Source: Octopus vulgaris | Taxonomy: Eukaryota | Reading direction: 5' to 3' | Assembly: GCA_951406725.2 (NCBI GenBank) | Contig: OX597817.1 | Location: forward strand, 118,792,001-118,856,000 | DNA: 64,000 nt | Shown here: positions 13,574-25,880 of the stretch, piece by piece | Numbering within the stretch: position 1 is the first letter of the stretch | How the letters are laid out: every line of letters starts with the position of its first letter | Made by a program: the position numbers and the translations under genes | The notes under the pieces: model-generated | What the model saw: only the letters and a program-made list of their open reading frames with translations | What the model was told of the DNA's origin: nothing | Database searches by the model: none

Positions 13574-15552
13574 TCATTTGCATAGTGTTTTTGCTAAGGA
13601 TTAACTGTTCTATTAATATTTTAATTATTTGATTAAAGTTTCAATCTACTCAATTTAGTTAAATCAAGCATTGAAGTTATGAAAAGTTATCACTTTTTTA
13701 ATAATTTCTTCTATTTCCTTACATACATCTTAACTTGTTTTTAGATTATTAATATTGTTATTATTTCCTTATGAGCACCAGTGTAATTTTTATTTCTTCA
13801 CTTCCTCATTTTTCTACGTTTCCTAATATTTAGTATCTCATGATTTCTTTACTTAGTAATCACTTATATTAATTTATTCACGTTTATTAATTTTTCCTGT
13901 TTCAGCTATAAAATAACAATCTAGTAATCTAGATTTCTAGTGTCAAGCTTAGAACCAAATCTGGTACCTGATGAGAGTTCAGTTGTGATACAGTTCTAAT
14001 GAATCCCGTGATTGCAGGCATTCGCATGTCGTTGAGCGGAAATGCCATTTTGCCTGAAAAACTCACCGCAAAGAAGAATATCTTCCTGCAATTCGGTGAT
14101 GACCTTTTGGCAAGGTTTTTAATATTTACTTTCCATTTTTTTTTTTCATTCCTGGATTGTATAAATTATTCTGTTATGATAATGATTCATTTATTGGTTA
14201 TAGTTGTGGCTTTCCATGTAATATTTGTATTTCTTCTTTATGTGATGAAGAATTTGACAAGGATGTGCAGGTAGAACAGAGAAAAAACATATTTTCTCCA
14301 CCTTTCCTTAAGCAATTATTATTTATTGATTTCTGTGTGTTTTTTTTTAATGTTTTATAAGAAAACAAATTTCCTTAATATTATAAATGTAATGTTTCCA
14401 CATGCATAGACAAAATATGTATGCAGATCTTCAACAGAAGAATAGGCTCACCATTTACAACCAGCTACCAAATCAGTGCTAGGCATGCTCCATTAGCTCT
14501 TACCTCCTTTCTTAGAGTCAAGAATATCATCTTTTCTTTTATTTTCTTTCAGCTATACCACACAACTAACTCAGAATCTTCTCCAAAGAGTTCAGAATCG
14601 AATATGTTAGTACTTAGTAAATAATTATCATCAATTAAAAACAAAAAATTGTTTTATATAATATGCTTTATTTTGCAAATTTTATAAAATTAAAAATGCT
14701 TTTTCTTGTTAGGTAAGTTTGGTTATTCTAACTTTTCTTGTATTAAAACTCATGCAAATTAAGATATTTAATATATATATATATAATTATTTATCTATTT
14801 GTATTTCATTCACCTAACCACAGTAAAAATTAATCTAATATTTTGGTATTATTGAAAACAACTTTGTTAATGTCTTCAAGACATTTTTAAAATTTTGCTT
14901 TCAGTTCTTTTGAAGTTAATATACTTAGGCACTAAGATTCTTCTTAAAACATTAAAATACATTAGTATTATTATTATTGTTGTTTAGGTTTATAGACAAA
15001 ATTAAGAAAGAAAAAAGGCAACAATTTTCTGTCTTTAAATTCCAGTAGTAAAAATAGTGAATTTGGATTTAAAGCAGAAAATCAAAAATTAAGTAATACA
15101 TTTTGAGGGGCAGGGATAACTTATGCTAAAAACTGAAAAACAAAACACAAGGATATATATGTAATATATGTGTATGTATATGTCTGTATATACATGTTTA
15201 TATACATGCATATATATCTGTATATATATATATGTGTGTGTATATACATGCATGCATATACGTGTATGTGTATATAAATTTTTCCTTTCTTCTGTAAATT
15301 AGTATTTCATTTCTATGGATTTGGACAATATATAAGATCATAGAGGAAAACCCCTCATAACCTATCTTATTTCTGATGATAGTTGTTGGGTAGGAGATTA
15401 TAGAGCATGTAAGCCTCTTTGAGGCCTACATATTATTCTGATGGTTGTGGGTAGGTAATATGGATCAGAACTCTGTGAAGCATGCAGCTGATTAGTTCAA
15501 TATTTGTATATATTTTTTTCTTTGACATCCAAAGCAGGTGGCATTAAAACGG

Positions 15553-15677
15553 TCACAACAGAAAAAATACAAGTAGACATAAGATACTCGTCCATTGTTG
15601 GCTGTGTTCATATAAAGAACAGCTATCACCACCAATAGTGTATGTTCTTGGGGCTTTACTTGTTTTAGGTACATCTG
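15553..15677 (-). CDS. sol-1: SOL-1-like gene, terminal coding exon with hydrophobic C-terminus (putative GPI signal)
   Basis: Pyrimidine tract followed by cagCAG acceptor. In phase 1 it reads (P)DVPKTSKAPRTYTIGGDSCSLYEHSQQWTSILCLLVFFLL-TGA (stop 15555-15553). This frame differs from the listed 15492..15674 ORF. Confidence 0.8.
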
Positions 15678-15899
15678 CTGAAAGAAAAGGAAAAAATGGA
15701 AAAAGAAAACTCAGTTAATAGTGTTAAAAATAGAACACACATATATATATATAGACACACACACACATTAGTAAGTATATGAATATGATAATGCTTATGG
15801 AAACTTGACCCCCAGAGATCAACTGCAAATGTGGTCTGGCTGCCAGGGGTCATGAAATCCCCTTTGGTACCACTGCTCTATTTCCTGGAAGATAAAGCT

Positions 15900-16425
15900 C
15901 CACATCTACAGTGCACTGACCTTCTTTATTCTCCTGTATGGAGCAGAAATGTAGCCCCTCTCAAAGCCCTTAGCAAAGAGGATTGACAGCTTTGATAGCA
16001 AAACCCTGAGAACCAGTGAGAGCATCAGGTGCTACCATCATGTTTCCAACAAAGAACTGCATGCATGCATCAGCCCACAGCCTCCCATCTCATAGCTACC
16101 TCTCACATGCACTGGTATGGACATGTTCTCTGTCTCCCGCTAGATCATCCTACCAGGGATTTACTCTCATGTAATGTGGCAGCTTCCAGCTGGAAGAGGC
16201 TTCCAGCTGGAAGAGGCTTCATAGCCAGCCCTGCACATGTCTGTATGTATATTGGAGAAGATTTCCAGAGGCACAATGTCACCTTGAAAGATGCTGAGGG
16301 GCTGGGATAGGACTGTCAGCAATGAAGAGCACTGGTGGACCTGGTTGGTTCTATGCATGATGACATCTCTGGGACTACTAACCTGAGATGACCCCAGCCC
16401 CATCAAACAAGACCATGAAGCAAGC
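15900..16425 (+). mobile_element. RTE-clade LINE 3' fragment (decayed)
   Basis: Broken frames give LLYGAE(M*)PL..RIDSFD..VSNKEL..HWYGHV..WKR..GR, typical of RTE ORF C-termini. Ends in a caag-type repeat tail. Confidence 0.75.
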
Positions 16426-16849
16426 AAACATAGTAGAAACAGACACCTGAATGTCTAAACATGTCTTGCTTCAAACTGAAGCTGTGTGGACCAAATATTA
16501 ACCTCATCAAAAAGTAATTGCATTTCATTATCCAATACTCCACAAACTATTGAATGAAATTTAATGAGTCAAAGAGAACACTTCAGATGACAAAGTAGAA
16601 AAACTTGTTTGAAGTTCCCAAGAGATAAAGGTGAATAGCCTGACACTATAGCTTTAACATTTATGTGAGAACTAGAAGTCTTGGAGAAGATGAAAAATAA
16701 AAAGAACTTGCATATGTGTACATTGGTCCACATGAGTTGTTTCCTGTATTTATTTTTTTCATTAATGGCAAGCTAACTGAGAAGACAAATGTAACTGTGC
16801 GTAAATCTACCAACATTGTGCAATTTTTCTTATTCCTCACAGGTGTAGA

Positions 16850-17980
16850 TGTCATCAAGCAGTAAAGAACCAACAACCAAGCAACCTTCCCACTGAAAAT
16901 ACATCCAGCCTCTTCCTGTAGGTTCCAAAACTGCAACCATAACCATTAGCATGATGAAAGGTAGATCTGGTGAGATTGTGAAAATGCAAGAGTGGAGCCA
17001 AACGATTGTGTGCAAAAGGTAAGGTGTAAAGGATCCTTAACCAAACTCCTCACATGCAAGAGACAGCAACACAAATTCTTCTGGGTTGAGTAATAGTGAC
17101 AGCAGGGGTGGAGTAGGCATATTGTTAGTTGAAAAAGTGATTGAGGTAGTCAGGCTATTTGAAAAGATAATTAAGATGGGGCTAATTATAGGTAACTTAA
17201 CCATGATGGTTATCTCTGCATATGCACCACAGGCAAGGTTGACAGTGATTTCAGCATTGTGCAGGTGATTTCAACAGACATTATTGGCCAATATATTTAT
17301 CAATAGCCTATGTAATATAAAAGCTGTGGATGTGGTTCAAAATATGAAGAGGATGTAAGGTTTGTGGAGTTTTGCAATGCAATCAAACAATTTGCTACAC
17401 AGACTTTAGGAAACCAGCCAACTGCCTCATCACCTACCAATCTGGAGAACACACAAGTCAGACAGATTACATTCTCACTAGGAAGTGGAACAGAAGATCT
17501 ACTGTAAATACCAAAACCTTTTCTGACAAAGAATACAATACACAACACATATAAGTGGCTAGGCAGGCACAGAAATGAAAGGCAAAAAGGAGTAAGATAT
17601 GTAAACTAAAAGATGCTTTAATTGGGAATAGATTTTCAGAAACTCCAAATGATGCATAAATGAAAACTGAAACTTTTACAAATATTAACAGCAATAACTA
17701 TATACTGGGAGAGACATGTGGCTGGAGCAGAGTCCTAGCCAAGCCAAAAATAACATGAGAGAATTATACAGGGGTCATAGTACAGAAACAGCAGAGAGAG
17801 AAATTTGGAAAGACAGGAAGTTAAGTAGTAGTAAGGAGCATTATCAAATGGCTAGAAAAGCAGCTATGTGACAGGTATATTTATTTAAGGGTGAATTAGG
17901 AAGGGAGAAATTTGCATATCTGCGATGTGAGGATCAGAGGCATGAAATGTTAAGGATTAGAAGACAATGTGGAGAGAGAA
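16850..17980 (+). mobile_element. LINE AP-endonuclease region (RTE-like), decayed
   Basis: MKGRSGEIV, GGVGILL, VISAYAPQ and TDFRKPANCLITYQSGEHTSQTDYIL motifs with frameshifts. Confidence 0.85.
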
Positions 17981-19362
17981 CAGTAGCTTATCTAAGTACT
18001 ACAAGTATGGAGCTACCAATATACAGTAGAATTATATATTCACCAATATGAATGTGTACCAACTTCTAGAAATAATACTTGATTTTATAAAATACAGAAG
18101 TTTAGGTAATGTATTTATACCATATAACATGCAAATTTTCTATCTTAATTAAGCAGCATATATTATAGAACAATAATTTGGCTGCCTAAGAGAAAAGTCA
18201 TTCTTATTTGCTGTAAAGCTCCTCTGGACCCTAAAAAGAGTCATGTGGATAATGCTTTGTGTAATAAGGTGCAGTTACTTAGTGATTTGATTATCATCTA
18301 GTGAAAATGTATGTCACTTATATAAATCTCTGAAGGTAGAATATACTAATGTTTTACAGATATTTATCGTAAAAATTACATCTAATAAGGTCTTTTACTT
18401 GGAAATTCAAAATTGCTTAACCATGAACTTTATTATTATTATTATTAAATTTTACCCATTTTGCTCAATATTTTAGGTGCTGGCTATATATTTACCTGAT
18501 CCAAATCATGACATACTTTACTCTAATTAGATTATTTAATTATTTAAAAATAATTTATATGGTAAGTTTTCAACTATTTACCTAAAAGACACACACACAC
18601 ATAAGGAAAATGTTTAAATATTTTCATTAAATCAGACTGATTTGATATCTGATCATCATCAAGTTATACTGGATGTATGCATAACACAAGACTGGATTCA
18701 AACTTGGAACCTTTATTTCTAAATGGCAATCAGAGATAAACTTATCAAAACATTTTTCATCTTCAAAGATGAGCTTAAGTCTGATATATAAATTTAACAT
18801 CTTATCTCAGACATTTAGACATTTCCAAGTTCCAATGAATTAATGTCTTGTATTATACTCTTTTTACTATTTGAAATGTTAAATGGATAAAAGTTGATCT
18901 TTTTGTGGGATATTTTCACATTTATTGTATTCAAAATAATGTTTGAGGGCAAAACATCTCTAAATCAAAGCGATGTATTCAATTTTGATATGGTTTTTAA
19001 ATGTGAAACTGAATATTAATACTTGTTTGTTTAAACAATTAATTTTGAAAGGGAACAGCAAAACTGATTTATCTTTTTCAATCTCTAGATAAATTGTAAA
19101 GATTACTGTTAGAATACGCTTTAAAGTATATATTTATAGGATAGATTTTTGTGAAATTATATACATTATTTCACAAATATTTTAAGCTATAAGTTGGCCT
19201 TACATGACGGAATTCAAAATGATCAATGAAAGATGAAGGAACAAAGTTCAAGGCTGTTATATTGGCCTTTAGTGACAATGCAACACAAATAACATTAAAC
19301 AATGACATTTAATTTTAGTGGAAAGAAGTATATCTTTAAAAATAACATTTTGGGATACTTAC

Positions 19363-19583
19363 GTGACTGTTTATTGTTTGTTTGTACAAATCTATATTTT
19401 GCCATGAAACCAAGGGCATCATAGATGCCATTAGATTTGAATGTGACTTTGAAAAATTCGCCATCGGACTTGACCGTATTATTCTTCCCCGTTCTCAAAC
19501 CACAGAACCGATCCATTTTTCTATCTTGTGTGGTGAAGAAGTTAGAGAAAGAAACATAATCACTTTTATGTTCTTCGTCACAG
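19363..19583 (-). CDS. sol-1: SOL-1-like gene, C-terminal half of the last CUB domain
   Basis: ctttcag|C-TGT... and ...CAGTCAC|gtaagt. 221 nt, phase 2/1. Peptide CDEEHKSDYVSFSNFFTTQDRKMDRFCGLRTGKNNTVKSDGEFFKVTFKSNGIYDALGFMAKYRFVQTNNKQS. SDYV.FSNF...DRK..R.CG and SDG.FF.VTF.SN resemble invertebrate SOL-1. Confidence 0.95.
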
Positions 19584-20636
19584 CTGAAAGGAAGAAAGGA
19601 AATGAATTAATATTATGAAACTGAAAAAAATTAAGTTTCCGTAAATTTCCTGACACTGCAAAAATAAAAGTAATTTCATAAACGTCCTTGTTCTACTTCT
19701 ACATTGTAGTCTTAAAATGATAGAAATCAAACCTTACGTTATAACAGTTTCACATTTGTTTAATGCATTTTATACAATGTTTCTTTATACAAAGAGCCCT
19801 TCTTTTAAAAAGCTTCTGTCTTTTTAGCCATGTTTGTATATTTTATGTTTTATATGCAACACAGTTTCAAATTAGAATAGAGTAGAATATCATGGAATAG
19901 AATTAAAATAATTCTATTATATAATATTCTAATATATTCAAATTGGATGGTAGGAGATAATTATTTTTCTCCTGGACACAACAATGGACATTCTCCATAT
20001 AATATTCAGAAGAGTGACTATTATAGTTAAAATTACCCATAGCTTTGAAGTAGTTTGTTGAATTATAAGATAATTAAATGATAACCCATTTCTAGTTGCC
20101 AAGTAGTGAGATTAAAGACTTTCTCACATTCCACTAGTAAAACATCTTAGCTGCTCTTAATTAAAACGGCAAAGTCAGGCTATCATAAAACCGAATGTTA
20201 CAGTATTTAGTTGTAGCTCCGTCAAGTTGGCTTTCAAATGCTGCAGAGATCAAATGTACCTCCATCCATCAATGATTGATAAAATAAATATCAATAATTC
20301 AATTAATTATCCCACCCACACCACCAAAAATATTGGATTTGTTTCTACTTAAAATAAATCAATATGTGAATATCACAAAAGGAAATTTCTTAATTTCCAC
20401 ATATTTAGTACATTTTGGGGGAGAAATTCGAAATCTTAATTGAATAAAATTTAAGAACTCTTGCCACAAATCCTAGAGATTAATAGTCTACTTACAGTAA
20501 CATTACATGGATGATTGTGAATGTAATGTTTTCTAGACATTTTCCGTTCAATATTTAATGTTGTAAGAATGTAAATTCAAGAAACCATTTTATCTTAACA
20601 GCTACTAGAATTAGAAATGAGAGCATTTTTACTTAC

Positions 20637-20808
20637 TTTGGTTTAACACCATCAACTTCAAATTTTGTGAAGTCAATTATTACTTTTTCACCTTTCTGAC
20701 CATAAAACAGATAGTGACATTCCGTTATTCTTGGGTATTTTCCTGGATAATTTGGTGAAGTGAAAAACCCAGAAGATGCTAAAATACTCTTATAGTTGAA
20801 CCCACATA
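20637..20808 (-). CDS. sol-1: SOL-1-like gene, N-terminal half of the last CUB domain
   Basis: ttttcag|TA-TGT... and ...CCAAA|gtaagt. 172 nt, phase 1/2. Peptide CGFNYKSILASSGFFTSPNYPGKYPRITECHYLFYGQKGEKVIIDFTKFEVDGVKP contains the CUB signature G.F.SPNYP..YP....C.Y.F. Confidence 0.95.
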
Positions 20809-21440
20809 CTGAAAAGAGCAAGAAATAGAGGTTATTATAAAATTCTTTTGATATATATGTATATATATACTTGTGTATATATACTTGGAGTAGATCTATT
20901 TTACATTTGTTTCGGATATGTTTTAACAGAATAGATAAAAGAATAAAACAAATCTAAGTGATAAACTTAAAATGTACATTAAATAAAAGATGATAAAATT
21001 GGGGAAGAACTATTGACTTTGGTTCAAATATAAATATAGCCTAGATGCTTTATATTCTAGAATAAACACTACACAAGTGGGATAAGCTGCAAAAGTTTTA
21101 ATACTGGTATCAGAATTTTCAGGAGAAGCATATACTTTATAGTTGAATGGTTAGAAGACACTGAATTGTAAGTAATACTTATTTCTTCTGGTAATGGCTC
21201 AGAACTAATGGAAGAATGTGCTTTATAAGTTTGGTTTAACAGGATTATGTTTTACAAACTCTCTCCCTTACTCTCTCTCCTCAGAGTTAAAATGATTGCA
21301 GTTTTTTCTAGTTCCAAAGAACTGTTTGTATTGCACAATAATAACCATCATCGTCACAACCATCATCATTTAACATCTGTTTTCTATGCTACCAAGGGTT
21401 GGACATTCTATATGATATTTTACACACTGATCAACATTCT

Positions 21441-21750
21441 TTTATCTTTTACTTGCTTTAGGCCTTAGACTGTAGCCAATGAATCCACCTCAGGACTTTT
21501 TTAAGCCTGCTACTTATTCAATCAGTCTCTTTTGCCAAACTGTTGAGTTACAGTAATGTAAATATACCAACACGTAAGCAAAAAAATATTTATCAGACTT
21601 CTTTCAGTTTCCATCTGCCATATCCACTTCCAAGGTGTTGGTCAGCCCAAGGCTATAGTAGAAAACACTTGCTCAAGGTGCCATACAGTAGGACTGACCC
21701 CAGAACCAAGTGTTTGGGAAGCAAAGTGCACACCACACAGCTATGCCTGT
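21441..21750 (-). mobile_element. SINE family A, degenerate
   Basis: Collinear with 451-877, with CpG decay and internal deletion. Confidence 0.8.
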
Positions 21751-23040
21751 GTCTACTTTGGGTACTCTTCCTTCAATAGATATTCATAGCATTATAATTT
21801 TTCAGACTATTATCTTCATTTACAATGATTTGATATAAATTAATATCTAAGCTAAATTTTAGTTTCCAATTATCATCAGGTGCCACCTTAATACTGCATG
21901 TAATTGTTTGTATGTACAAAACCATAGCATTCAGAAATAAAGGTTCCTATTTTGAATCTAGTCTTGTACTATAGACACATTCTATAGTAAAGATGAAAGC
22001 AACTAAAACAGCAGATGTAAGCATTTAAAGAAAAGAAATCTTTCATCTTTCTAGATGAGATTAACAGTTCAACTAATTACATATAATCATATTAACAACT
22101 CATGTCAGACATTTAAATTTATTTATTTCTTCAGATATCATGGTTTATAGAGTTTCTGACATCTGCAATTTACACTCACAGAACTAATAATCCTGATGGT
22201 TGAGATTTGGTGAGAATGAAGTCATAGCGAATCCCAACTCTCCTTATATCATAGCTTCCAAATAACAAATGTAATAAAAACAAAAAGAAGAAATATCAAA
22301 TAAGAAGGAACTTATGATGGAAAATAACTTATTCAGTTTCCTTTCATCAACACCATGAAAATAGACCACAGCTGTGAATTACAAACTTGACTCTATCACA
22401 GAATAGAAAGCACCAAATGCTGATTTAATTTTCCCTCACTAGCTTGTGCTGGACAAAGACTTATTATTGAGATATTATTTTACAGCTGGATACCTATACT
22501 GTTGCTAACCCTTACAAGCTTTTCATGTACAGGATTTTTTTTCTTCTGTCTTTGAAAGGCAAATTCATCAGCAAGAAGGTCAACATAATGCCATTGTTTT
22601 GCTCAAATGGCTTCATTCAAAAATGTGGATTGTACACTTTCACACATACCCTTGCACACACTCATATGGGATGCGCTTCAATTTAGTTTCTGTTGACCAA
22701 TACCAATTCACAGGACATGTCTTATTTGGTCGATGAATTGAACCCATCACCTTAAGGTCATGACCTTTATATTTTAATAAATAGATATACACTTCGTTAT
22801 CTCAACTTCTAAGGAAGGAAGAATGATTCCTGATGAGCTGATAAATAACAACAAAAGCCCAATGGTTCAATCCTCATTCTAAACTGTGTCCTGGCTAATT
22901 TCACAGTGAGACACAGGGATATAAGTCCATGCATGCATGCATGCATGTATGTATGTATTTATTTGTGTGTGTGTGTAGTTGTTTATTCAAAACTAGTATA
23001 ATAGTAATATTTTAGTTCATGTATACCATTATGATTTGCA

Positions 23041-23574
23041 TTGAGTTTGTTCAAAAGCTTTGTAGTGTGATCTTTGCACTTGTCTTTGATGGCTTGGATT
23101 AAAAATTGGCCCGTTCTCCTCTTGTATAAGGAATACCAAACGTCTTCATGCATTACCTGCCTGATAAGAAACTCAGACACTCCCATGTCTCTGGCAACGG
23201 ACCTGATTGACTTGGAGGAATCATGGCCTGAATCTCACCAACAAATTCAGTTCTTTTCTGATCAAAACAATCAGAGTGAGTTTTCCAAGATGTCATACCT
23301 CTGTAATCACCATTAGACTAATCAAACTCTTTTCGAATTCTCTGCACTGTACTCAGATTGACACCCACACACTCTGAAATGTTTGTATTGCCAAGCAGCA
23401 CAGCATATCATTTCCAAGTTTCTGGCAGAGTGAATTGCATCATGGTGCTGTTTTTCTCACATTTGGTGCCCATCCGACCCTACTATACTGTGTAGTCAAC
23501 AAAATCAAAAACAAATGATGTGCATGCACAAAATTAAAACTATAAAATGGCGACAATTTATCCATTACACCATG
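23041..23574 (-). mobile_element. Tc1/mariner-superfamily transposon, left end plus transposase N-terminal relic
   Basis: Minus strand begins TA-CATGGTGTAATGGATAAATTG. Broken ORF with HTH-like RSVARDMGVSEFLIRQVMHEDVWYSLYKRRTGQFL..KLLNKL. 3'-truncated. Confidence 0.75.
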
Positions 23575-24123
23575 TATATATATGTGTGTGTGTATGTATA
23601 ATATAATGGAGAGGCATGCACTCTTAAAAGCTATTAATATATATATATATATATACATACATATATATATATAAAATGCAAACAGAACTAATTAAAGAAA
23701 TCAACTAAAGTATCTTTTAAAGACTAGTAACAGTTATGTCTGATGGTAAGTAGTGACCTACAAATAGCTACATTGACAACAAAATGCATTAATGCTAAAT
23801 AATCTGCCAAAACATAATTTGCCTTGTAACTAGCTTTGAAAATCTGAAAAAAAATAAAATCTCAGTATCTGCCAAATGGTGTTCTACTAAAAATACAAAA
23901 AGCTTAGATGATAATCTAGATAGAATGACAGCACTTGTGTGTAAAGCCATAAAAAATTAGAACAGTCTTGGAAATGCATTGACTTGTATCAGCTTGCTGT
24001 GACATACTTTATACTATTAAGGAGGATTATTTTGTTTGTTCGTTTGCTTTTTTAGTTTTCATTAATTTCTGCAGAGAGCTTATGAAGTTGCCTAGCTAAA
24101 TTGGGATAAGTGATTTTTGCATA

Positions 24124-24336
24124 CTCTCTTTTACTTGTTTCAGTCATTTGACTGTGGCCATGCTGGAGCACTGCCTTTAGTCAAGCAAATCGACCCCAGG
24201 ACTTATTCTTTGGAAGCCTAGCACTTATTCTATTGGTCTCTTTTGCCGAACTGCTAAGTTACGGGAACGTAAACACACCACCATTGGTTGTCAAGCGATG
24301 TTGGTGGGGAGACAAACACAGACACACAAACATTAT

Positions 24337-24379
<43 letters not shown>

Positions 24380-24538
24380 AAAGGTTTCTTTTAGATTCTG
24401 TCAACCAAATCCACTCACAAGGCTTTCGTCGGCCCAAGGCTATAGTAGAAGACACTTTCCCAAGGTGCCACGCAGTGGGAATGAACCTGGAACCATGTGG
24501 CTGGTAAGCAAGCTACTTACCACACATACACTACTGCA
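24124..24538 (-). mobile_element. SINE family A, near full length
   Basis: Collinear with 451-877. Confidence 0.9.
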
Positions 24539-25335
24539 TATTTACAAGTATGTCAAATGGCATAGAATAACTCTCAACTTAGTATAATGCTATATGAAAA
24601 CCAAAGTAGGACAGGCGGTTTTGGTTGGGTGTGTATGTGTGTGTGTGCTTCATAAATTTTTATCTATTTTTCCATGCTGCACTGGTTAGATGAATATGCT
24701 GAGTGTTATATTTTTAGAGATGGATGCCCTTCCTATCACTATCCCATATCTGTTTCTCAAGAAAGAGAGCTTTTTTCCTAATGGCTTTTACAGCACAAAG
24801 TGTGTGAGATGTAAATAAATACCCACACACAATGGTTCTTTTACAGACTCTATCTATCAAATTAACTCACAAGGCTCAGGTACTTGCTCAAAGAGGTACT
24901 GAAAGCACAGTGAACTTCTTGATACAGCCATGCCTGTGCCTTATAAATATATATATATATAGTGGTTAATGATGGCCAGAGCTTAGCATTGGATCCTATA
25001 ACATTGAACAGATGAAAGATTAACAGGATGTGAATCTATTGCAGATAGCATTTGCTAAAGACTCATACCTGTCACAATTACATGAACCAATTCACTTTCA
25101 ATGACCAAAGCAGATATATAATGAGGCATCTGCAATATATGAGCTTTTAGAGCTTGTGGTTCAACCCTTCATCCACTTAGTAAAGTACACATAAAATTTA
25201 TATATATATATATATATGAAATTCAGTGCTTAAATGCAAACATTCCTTTCACATGCTCTTTTTAATGCTATTCTCATATGTTACTTTTATTGAGATAGAA
25301 AATGTTTTTCACAATAGTAACTGTTGAATACTTAC

Positions 25336-25374
25336 AATATCTAGAATCAGGTTCACCCGTGCTAATGCCAAAAT
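25336..25374 (-). CDS. sol-1: SOL-1-like gene, 39-nt inter-CUB linker micro-exon (NFGISTGEPDSRY)
   Basis: ttttacag|ATTTTGGCATTAGCACGGGTGAACCTGATTCTAGATATT|gtaagt, preceded by a pyrimidine tract. Phase 1/1, so it joins the flanking exons in frame. The (N/D)FGI..G linker resembles SOL-1 homologues. Not present in the ORF track. Confidence 0.88.
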
Positions 25375-25584
25375 CTGTAAAAGAAAGAGAGAAAAAACAG
25401 GATAAACAAAATATTCCCTTCCAATACAAAGAAATGCAATAAATTATACTATGATGAGTTCAAAGTAAAACTATTCTGAGCTGACATCAGGTTCACACAA
25501 CTACCTAACCCTTGAGTGCCTCTAGCAGAATCCATTCTGTTGCCTGCAGATTTCTTCCTTTTTGTTTTATTTTCATTCTTATCC

Positions 25585-25880
25585 TCATCATAACATCTAG
25601 TTTCCATGCTTGCATGAGTTGGATAGAATTCATTGAGGCAGATTTTTTTATGGCTGAATGCTCTTCCTGTCACCAACACTTACCTGTTTGCAAGCAGGGT
25701 AATATTCCTGCAAGGTCATATATGATTACATACACACACACGTATGACAGGCTCCTTTCAAGACTTTAGCCAGCCCAACACTATAGTAAAAAACATTGCC
25801 AAAAGTACTACACAGTGGAAATAAATCCAAACTACATGGTTATGAAGCAAACTTCTTAATCATAAAACACATGATTGTGC
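25585..25880 (-). mobile_element. Family D fragment followed by family A fragment
   Basis: catcataacatctagtttccatgcttgcatgagttgga...gctgaatgctcttcc, then gacaggctcctttca...ctatagta...catggtt. Confidence 0.6.

Larger units (their letters stand above)
6960..15552 (-). other. Putative long (~8.6 kb) 3'UTR of the SOL-1-like gene
   Basis: Almost free of SINE/LINE copies, unlike all introns. Minus-strand AATAAA at 6983-6978 is followed by a U-rich tract. The end point is inferred, and other AATAAA sites exist within the interval. Confidence 0.4.

Noticed and set aside
13968-13975. CTGATGAG box (also at ~1628, and CTGAAGAG at ~40530)
   Set aside because: No stem II followed by GAAA at a suitable distance, so not callable as hammerheads.
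13999-14274. Plus-strand ORF MNPVIAGIRMSLSG...
   Set aside because: No recognisable domain, it runs into a low-complexity T tract, and no partner exons were found. An RNA-structure explanation fits better.
15553-15555. TGA as selenocysteine or read-through codon
   Set aside because: An in-frame TAA follows after two further codons and I found no SECIS-like motif.
15492-15674. Listed ORF MYLKQVKP...
   Set aside because: Wrong frame. The phase-1 junction from the 19363 donor dictates the DVPKTSK...FFLL* frame.
15805-15880. hAT-like terminal motif (ggtaccactgctcta; similar at ~52165-52188) and mariner-like end at ~26227
   Set aside because: Only one end visible in each case, with no partner TIR or TSD.
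25451-25484. ATGATGA...CTGA as a C/D-box snoRNA
   Set aside because: Too short, no terminal stem, and antisense to the host intron.
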